Of a DNA stretch of 18,929 nucleotides, positions 11,481 through 18,929 are shown in pieces. Source of the stretch: a bacterium (GTDB lineage: Bacteria > SAR324 > NAC60-12). The translations under genes were made by a program, and so were the position numbers. Where the stretch lies: contig CBDDTI010000524.1 in the NCBI GenBank assembly GCA_965233585.1, positions 1 to 18,929 on the forward strand, written 5' to 3'. Numbering within the stretch: position 1 is the stretch's first letter; the number at the start of each line of letters is the position of its first letter. The notes beneath the pieces are model-generated. The model was not told the DNA's origin, searched no databases, and saw only the letters and a program-made list of their open reading frames with translations.

Positions 11481-11742
11481 GAAAAATATTCAACAAAAAA
11501 ACTGAAAAATAAAATATTTTCAAAAAGAACAAATAATGAAGAAAAAACAGAAAATTGAAATAAATTAAACAACAGATATGAGAAAAAGCGATTTAAAGAT
11601 AGAAAATGAAAAACTGTACCAAAAAAAATCAACAAAACCAACCCACCCAATCAATTTCCCTGGGCCTGAATGATTTCAGAAAAAAATCAACAAAAGCGAC
11701 CCGCCACACTAATCAGGATACCACATTACCCTTGTACCCTTG

Positions 11743-12197
11743 TTGTTGTTGCTGCTATTGTTGTTGTTGTTGCTGTTGCTGTTGTTGTTGCTGTTGCTGT
11801 TGCTGTTGCTGTTGTTGTTGTTGCTGTTGTTGTTGCTGTTGTTGTTGCTGCTGTTGTTGCTGTTGCTGTTGCCGTTGCCGTTGCCGTTGGCCGTTGCCGT
11901 TGCTGTTGCTGTTGTTGTTGGTGGTGGTGCTGGTGGTCTTGGTCTTGGTCTTGGTCTTGGTCTTGGTGGTGGTGGTGTTCCTTGCGTTCGTGGTGTTCCT
12001 TGCGTTCGTGGTGTTTGTGGTATTCGTGGTGTTCGTGGTGTTCTTTGCGTTCGTGGTGGTCCTTGCGTTCGTGGTGTTCCTTGCGTTCGTGGCGTTCGTG
12101 ATGTTCGTGGATGTTCGTGGTGTTCGTGGTGTTCGTTGCGTTCGTAGCGTTCATGGCGTGGCGTTCGTGGTGTTCGTGGTGTTTGTGGTGTTGTTGT
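11743..12197. repeat. Compound microsatellite (GTT/GCT)n, (GGTCTT)n, (GTTCGTGGT)n
   Basis: Directly visible simple repeats; these account for the poly-C/L/V ORFs. Confidence 0.97.
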
Positions 12198-13364
12198 ACG
12201 AGTCAAATGCATATATGGACATGGGCGCAAACAGTTCAAGACCTATGAAATAACCGTTCAATAACCATTTTTCGTGAGTCAAAAAAAGCATCCGCTAGCC
12301 ACTAGCCAGCTATTTTTGAGGGTTCCAATGGTAGTGGTGTTCAGGGTTTGGATATGTTGGGATGTTGTTGTCGTGCAAACTCTTGGAGTCAGAATTCATT
12401 CCTGAAGAGGCATGCTTCCACAGGCCACCCGTTGCAGCGGGAGCTGTCAGTCAATCGATCATATCGAGAATAATTATATGCACTGCGCAGACCCATGGAT
12501 TTGGCATGTTTTCATGCGAAGCATTCCTTTGTCGCGTTGTCTTGGATGTGTGACCATCGCATTTTTTGGCTTTACACCTTCCTTTACACAGATTAAAGGC
12601 ACTTTTGTACTTTGCCCACGACAATAATAATAGCAGGCAATTTTCATTGACTGATCCATCTCCAAATTTGCCCAAATTGCTTGCCGGTGAATACAAGTGA
12701 ATGGTGCAGGTCACAAAACACCAAAAACCAAACTGGTCTTTGCCCCGATGCCCCGTGAATCGTCGCCACTCCGGAGAGCCAACTCTTTCTCAACCATTCA
12801 GAGTTCAGGGCTTTTTCGAAGCACGGTGAGTTCGGCACTGTTGTCTGGTTTCTTGGTCTTCTTGTTCTTTGACAACACATTTTTATTGAAGGTTAAGCTC
12901 TTCAAGCCGCGGCCATCTGCAGCCTACCTATTTTCATTTAATGTTCGAACGCCACAATTCATTCTCAACATGGCCGTTGAGAAATCAGGTTTTGGTATCA
13001 TCTTCGGTGGAGGCCTTTCTTCTTTCTTGGCAGCGGCCCATTGCCATGCTCGCTTCCCGACCATTGAGCAGGTGAAGCCTGTTCAAAACTTTGTGGGAAA
13101 ATTTGGATTCCTTGCTTTGAAGCATTACATGGGCCCAGTCATACTTGGGAATTATGGTATGCTGATCCTCTGAGAATGAATGGTCACTCCGGTGTTACGG
13201 GACCTAAAACACCGGTAACAAATATGGATAAAATATGTATACCAGTAGTACCGCACAAGGCGGTGGCGGAAGTTTCAAAAATAGGAAACCTATAGGAGAG
13301 GTTGGTTGTTGTGAATCAGGGATGGCAGAGCGAATCCACTGATGGACCGAAAGGTGCTTGAGGT

Positions 13365-14110
13365 CTCCTCTCTTTCGCTCTCTTTCTCTGACTATCTATC
13401 TACCTACCTATCTATCTTCTATGTATCTATCTATCTCTCTCTCTCTCTCTTTCATCTGTCTATCTGTCTAGCTGTCTACCTGTCTGTCTATCTATCTGTC
13501 TATCTGTCTACCTGTCTATCTGTGGTGCAATGTCATTCAGTGTAATGTAGTGTAGTGTAATGTAGTGTAGTGGAGTGTAGTGGAATGTAGTGTAGTGTAA
13601 TGTAGTGTAGTGTAGTGTAATTTCGTGTAGTGGAGTGTAGTGGGGTGTAGTTGTGTAGTCGTAGTTGTAGTTGTAGTTGTAGTGTAATGGAGTGTAGTGT
13701 AGTGTAATGTAGTGAAGTGTACTGGAAGGTAGTGTAGTGTAATGTAGTGTAGTGGAGTGTAGTGTAATGTAGTGTAGTGTAATGTAATTTAGTGTAGTGC
13801 AGTGTAGTGTATTGTAGTGGAGTGTAGTTGTGTAGTTGTAGTTGTAGTGTAGTGGAGTGTAGTGTAATGTAGTGAAGTGTAGTGGAAGGTAGTGCAGTGT
13901 AGTGTAATGTAGTGTAGTGCAGTGTAGTGGAGTGTAGTGTAGTGTAGTGGAGTGTAGTGTAGTGTAATGTAGTGTAGTGTAATTTAGTGTAGTGGAGTGT
14001 AGTGGAGTGTAGTTGTGTAGTTGTAGTTGTAGTGTTGTGGACTGTAGTTTAGTGTAGTGGAGCGTAGTGTAGTGGAGTGTAGTGTAGTGTAATGTAGTGT
14101 AGTGTAGTGA
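13365..14110. repeat. CT/(TCTA/TCTG)n microsatellite followed by a (GTAGT)n pentamer tract
   Basis: tctatctgtc... from ~13390 to 13520, then gtagtgtagtgtaatgtagt... from ~13540 to 14110. Confidence 0.97.
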
Positions 14111-14117
14111 AGCGAAG

Positions 14118-14682
14118 CGACATCTGAACCTCCAAAAGTGGTCCAAACCCCTGGTGTTTTGCACATTTTGACTTCGAAATGTGCTTCGCGCCACAACGGC
14201 GTGCACTTTTTCGACATCTGAACTTCCAAAAGTGGTCCGAGCATGGTGTGCTTTGTACATTTTGACTTGGAAATGTGCTTCGTGCCACAACGGCGTGCAC
14301 TTTTTCGACATCTCAACTTCCAAAAGTGGTCCGAACCTGGTGTGTTTTGTACATTTTGACTTCGAAATGTGCTTCGCGCCACAACGGCGTGCACTTTTTC
14401 GACATCGCAACTTCCAAAAGTGGTCCGACAATGGTGTGTTTTGTACATTTTGACTTGGAAATCTGCTTCGTGCCACAACGGCGTGCACTTTTTCGACATC
14501 TCAACTTCCAAAAGTGGTCCGAACCTGGTGTGCTTTGTACATTTTGACTTGGAAATGTGCTTCGCGCCACAACGGCGTGCACTTTTTCGACACCTCAACT
14601 TCCAAAAGTGGTCCGAACCCCTAGTGTTTTTTAACATTTTGACTTGGAAATGTGCTTCGCGCCACAACGGTGTGCACTTTTT
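14118..14682. repeat. 94-bp tandem array, 6 copies, inside the Helitron-like element
   Basis: CGACA...TCCAAAAGTGGTCC monomers start at 14118, 14212, 14306, 14400, 14494 and 14588. Confidence 0.97.
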
Positions 14683-15381
14683 CATCTCTCATCTGGCCAG
14701 CTGGCTCCGCACCCGCCGCTTTAGCGAGCCTACTTTTCGACCCTCCGGGGCCCCAAATCATTGGAAAAACACAGTGTTTCGCGACTTTCCTACCCTTTCG
14801 CGCATCTGCATCTTCTTTCTTCTGAGTCTTTCTCTTCTTCACTTCTCTCTTCTAATCTTTCTCTTCTCTCTGCCTCTTCCCTGCTCTGCTTTTCATCTCT
14901 CCATATTGTCGGAAGTTTGACTTCTAAACTTCCTTCGATGATATATGATATATGTATCAAACGTCCATGCTGTTCATGTTGCCAATCTTGAGGGTTTGGC
15001 ACTGCAATCGAGGTCAATACACATGGGGATTCGACAAAGATCATAATTGTAAATTGCAGCACTGACGATATAGTCTTTACTGCATCCTCATCCTGACTTT
15101 CATCTAAGCGTCATCACCATCATCATCATCATCACCATCTTCATCTTCACGTTCATCTTCATCAGCCTCATCATCAGTCTTATCTTTGACATCGTCGTCA
15201 TCATCATCATTTTCTTCTTCATCTTCATCCTCATCCTCATCATCATTAATGTAGGTTACAGATTAGTACAGGGGGACCCCCCCTCCCCCCCCTCCCTTCA
15301 CAAATTTTGGATACAGAATTGTGTGGAAAAAACAAGGGGTCGGTACAGAATAGTGTGGAATTAAAATTAAAAAAAATGATA

Positions 15382-16020
15382 GATTTAAATTGATTTCAAT
15401 TTACTTTCAATTGATTTCAATTTATTTTGAATTGATTTCAATTTATTTTGAATTGATTTCAAATTACTTTCAATTGATTTCAATTTACGTTCAATTAATT
15501 TCAATTTATTTTCAATTGATTTGAAGTTACTTTTAATTGATTTCAATCTACTTTCGATTGATTTCAAATTACTTTCAATTGATTTCAATTTACTTTCAAT
15601 TGATTTCAATTTACTTTCAATTGATTTTAATTTACTTTGAATTGTCTTTAATTTACTTTGAATTGATTTCAATTTATTTTCAATTTATTTCAAATTACTT
15701 TAAACTGATTTCAATTTGATTTCAATTGATTTCAATTTACTTTCAATTGATTTCAATTTACTTTGAATTGATTTCAATTTACTTTGTATTGATTTTAATT
15801 TGATTTCGATTGATTTCAATTTACTTTCAATTGATTTCAATTTACTTTGAATTGATTTCAATTTACTTTCAATTGATTTCAATTTACTTTTAATTGATTT
15901 CAATTGATTTCAAATTACTTTCAATTGATTTCAATTTACTTTGAACTGATTTCAATTGATTTCAATTTACTTTCAATTTACTTTCAATTAATTTCAATTT
16001 ACTGTTAATTTACTTTCAAT
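15382..16020. repeat. 21-bp TTCAATT array within element B
   Basis: (gatttcaatttactttcaatt)n; translates as KLKSIES heptads on the minus strand. Confidence 0.96.
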
Positions 16021-16440
16021 CGACATCCCATAGAAATCCAATAGTAGTCCCAAAGAAATATCATAGAAATACCATGGAAATCCCATAGGAATCCCACAGA
16101 AATCCCATAGAAAGATCATAGAAATAACATGGGATAGCATAGGAACCACACAGAAATCCCATGAGAATTCCAATAATAATCCCATAGAACTATCATAGAA
16201 ATATCATGGAAATACCTTGGAAATCCCACAGGAATCCAATAGAAATTCCATAGGAATCCAATAGAAATACCATAGAAATCCCATAGGAATCCAATGGAAA
16301 TCCCATAAGAATACCATAGAACTCCCATAGCATCCCTTCAGAAATCCCATAGAAATCCTCCAGAAATATCATAGAAACATCATGGAAATCCCATAGGAAT
16401 TCTATAGAAATCCAATAGTAATACCATAGAAATACCATAA
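16021..16440. repeat. Degenerate (CCCATAGAAAT) array within element B
   Basis: Same unit as 9647-10450, with the shared block CCCATAGCATCCCTTCAGAAATCC. Confidence 0.95.
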
Positions 16441-17870
16441 AAGAAAAAAAAAATAGCAAAGGAAAAGGTAAAGGAAATGATTGCAAAAAAAAATCACCCC
16501 TGGAAGCAGCAGGACACAATAGTGTACCCCCAAACAAACCACACTATTGTGTATCAGGGTTGCTCATGGACTACCCCCTTGAAAAATTGTTTGAGTGATG
16601 TGTTTTAATTGGGTTTTAATAAGACATCATATATTTTGGGAAATTGGGCATTTCTGAGAATTTCAAATGAAAGAAACTAAGAAAGTAATTAAGTAATTAA
16701 AAGAAAAAAATAGCAAAGGAAAAGGTAAAGGAAATAATTGAAAAATTAAAAAATCATGACCTCAGGAAGCAGCAGGACACAATAGTGTACCCTCCAAACA
16801 AACCACACTATTGTGTACCAGGGTTGCTCATGGACTACCCCCTTGAAAAATTGTTTGAGTGATGTTTTTTAATTGGGTTTTAATAAGGTGTCATATAGTT
16901 TGGGAAATTGGGTATTTCTGAGAACTCTAAATGAAAGAAACTAAGAAAATAATTAAGTAATTAAAAGAAAAAAAATAGCAAAGGAAAAGGTAAAGGAAAT
17001 AATTGAAAAAATCAAAAAATTATGACCTCAGGAAGCAGCAGGATACAATAGTGTACCCTCAAACAAACCACACTATTGTGTATTAGGGTTGCTCATGGAC
17101 TACCCCCTTGAAAAATTGTTTGAGTGATGTTTTTAGTTTGGGTTTAATAAGGCATCATATATTTTGGGAAATTGTGCATTTCTGAGAATTTCAAATGAAA
17201 GAAACTAAGAAAGTAATTAAGTAATTAAAAGAAAAAAAATAATAAAGGAAAAGGTAAAGGAAATAATTGAAAAAATCAAAAAATCATGACCTCAGGAAGC
17301 AGCAGGACACCATAGTGTACCCTCCAAACAAACCACACTATTGTGTATCAGGGTTGCTCATGGACTACCCCCTTGAAAAATTGTTTGAGTGATGTTTTTT
17401 AATTGGGTTTTAAAAAGGCATCATATATTTTGGGAAATTGGGCATTTCTGAGAATTTCAAATGAAAGAAAGTAATTAAGTAATTAAAAGAAAAAACTTTA
17501 GCAAAGGAAAAGGTAAAGGAAATGATTGAAAAAATCAAAAAACCATGACCTCAGGAAGCAGCAGGACACAATAGTGTACCCTCAAACAAACCACACTATT
17601 GTATATTAGGGTTGCTCATGGACTACCCCCTTGAAAAATTGTTTGAGTGATGTTTTTTAATTGGGTTTTAATAAGGTATTATATATTTTGGGAAATTGGG
17701 CATTTCTGAGAATTTCAAATGAAAGAAAGTAATTAAGTAATTAAAAGAAAAAATTTTAGCAAAGGAAAAGGTAAAGGAAATGATTGCAAAAAAAAACAAA
17801 ATCACCTCAGGAAGCAGCAGGACACAATAGTGTACCCTCCAAACAAACCACACTATTGTGTACCTGGATG
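16441..17870. repeat. 256-266 bp tandem array within element B (5 periods plus a partial copy)
   Basis: The GGACACAATAGTGTACCC anchor (single substitutions in two copies) occurs at 16512, 16775, 17041, 17305, 17564 and 17820. Confidence 0.96.
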
Positions 17871-18029
17871 TGATTTTCCTGTGGAAGGTATCTGGAAAAT
17901 TTCAATGATGGAAAATAAAAAGTAAAAGAAAAAAATTAAAAAAATAAAAAATGGAAAATATTTGAACAAAAAACAAGATTAAGACACAATTGTGTATCCT
18001 GATATGATTTCAAAAATTGTTAAATTAAG

Positions 18030-18350
18030 ATAATAAAAATAAAAAAATAATTAATTTAAAAAAAATATTTTATAATAATAAAAAAAATAATTTAAAATAA
18101 AACCAAGAAATAATTAAATTAAAAAATATTATAATTAAAAATAAAAATAATTTAAAATAAAACCAAAAAAATAAGTAAATTAAAAAATATTATAATTGAA
18201 AATAAAAATAATTTAATATAAAGTAAAAAAATAATTAAATTAAAAAATATTATAATTAAAAATAAAAATAATTTAAAATAAGATAAAACATAATTAAGTT
18301 AAAAATTATTATAATTAAAAATAAAATAAAAAACAATTAAAAACTAAAAA
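18030..18350. repeat. ~60-bp extremely AT-rich tandem repeat (~5 copies) near the right end of element B
   Basis: AAAAATATTATAATTAAAAATAAAAATAATTTAAAATAA and close variants recur about every 60 bp. Confidence 0.9.
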
Positions 18351-18479
18351 ATGAAAAAACTTACACCAAAATCCTGTGGACACAAAACTGTACCCCTTAA
18401 TCATTTCCAAAGTTACAGAATTATTTTGGAGTCTGTGGACATAATTGTGTATCCCCACACTAATCTGTATCCCACATTA

Positions 18480-18662
18480 TCATCATCATCACCGCCGTCA
18501 TTATCATTATCAGCAGCATCATCATCATCAGCATCATCATCAGCATCATCATTATTATCAGCATCATCATCATTACCTTCCCCATCCTCATCATCATTCT
18601 TGTCATCATCACCGTCGTCATCGTCACCATCATCGTCGCCACCATCACCACCACCATCATCA
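18480..18662. repeat. (CAT)n microsatellite, continuation of ~15110-15246
   Basis: catcatcatc... resumes immediately after the right terminus of element B. Confidence 0.95.
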
Positions 18663-18929
18663 GTTCCTGCACCCCTTCTTTCTCCTCCTGCTCATCTTCT
18701 TCAGAAAGCGGATGACAATGCTGTACCCTGGCCTGGTTGCTCATATCACGCGGTGTGGCACGATTCTTCGCATTTTCAGACTCGGTGAATACATGTCTTC
18801 TGAACAAAAAAACGTATTTCATTCTTACAGAGGGGACCATGAGTGGGGGGCCAAGGAATGCAAAGTGTAGAACAGACAAATACAAACTGGCGAATAACAG
18901 ATACAAACATCCATGTGAAGGCGCATGAA

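Larger units (their letters stand above)
9033..11728 (+). mobile_element. Non-autonomous terminal-inverted-repeat DNA transposon A (coordinates include the flanking TA)
   Basis: TAATGTAGTATCCTGATTAGTGT (9033-9055) matches the reverse complement of ACACTAATCAGGATACCACATTA (11706-11728) at 22/23. Removing the element and one TA restores (TACCCTTG)4. No transposase ORF. Confidence 0.9.
13242..14938 (-). mobile_element. Non-autonomous Helitron/Helentron(DINE)-like rolling-circle element
   Basis: The minus strand reads A|TCGAAGGAAGTTT...AAACTTCCGCC-ACCGC cttgt GCGGT-ACTACTGG|T: a 5' TC, a 3' hairpin plus CTRR, between A and T, with no target-site duplication. Subterminal GGAAGTTT/AAACTTCC repeats are present. 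The element is absent from D copy 1. Confidence 0.8.
15247..18479 (+). mobile_element. Non-autonomous terminal-inverted-repeat DNA transposon B (same family as A; coordinates include the flanking TA)
   Basis: TAATGTAGGTTACAGATTAGT (15247-15267) matches the reverse complement of ACTAATCTGTATCCCACATTA (18459-18479) at 19/21. The flanks catcatTA / TAtcatcat rejoin a CAT microsatellite. Module order is the same as in A. Confidence 0.9.
12200..18929. repeat. Dispersed repeat D, copy 2, interrupted by the Helitron-like element and element B; runs off the window end
   Basis: 12490-13205 matches 3028-3733; 14954-15100 matches 3760-3900; the CAT tract is split at 15246/18480; 18664-18820 matches 4503-4655; 18833-18929 matches 5190-5283. 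Confidence 0.85.

Noticed and set aside
9035..11726. Ginger/LTR-like TGT...ACA termini for elements A and B
   Set aside because: The 4-5 bp flanks outside TGT/ACA do not match as direct repeats; TA duplication fits both elements.
13508..15062. HYTTL / VARSTFPSQNVQ ORFs (up to 326 aa)
   Set aside because: Translations of the pentamer tract and the 94-bp array, open in several frames.
15385..15903. Coiled-coil-like KLKSIES heptad ORFs
   Set aside because: An artefact of the 21-bp DNA repeat; fragmented by frameshifts and not preserved in element A.
10480..17870. CRISPR-like interpretation of the palindrome-bearing arrays
   Set aside because: Whole monomers repeat, there are no unique spacers, no cas genes, and the context is eukaryotic.

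Overview
Repeat-dense eukaryotic DNA. The repeat style, gene family and splice sites suggest a dinoflagellate (Symbiodiniaceae-like), which is an inference. There is one convincing multi-exon gene (+, ~5470-7781): a multi-pass membrane protein with TIR-like motifs (VDVFISHSW / LWVDKLCIHQ / YFGRLWCNLEL) and a 1-nt frameshift near 6275. Nearly all the rest is nested non-autonomous mobile DNA. (1) Three members of one TA-flanked terminal-inverted-repeat family, built almost entirely of stacked tandem arrays: 9033-11728, 15247-18479, and an inverted copy cut by the window start and ending at 2302. In the two complete copies, the internal 250-265 bp monomers carry a motif that co-varies with each element's own terminal repeat. 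(2) A Helitron/DINE-like element at 13242-14938 (minus strand). (3) Two copies of an older dispersed repeat (~2950-5290 and ~12200 to the window end) that host the younger insertions. (4) A foldback element at 8283-8708. Most ORFs in the track are translations of repeats.
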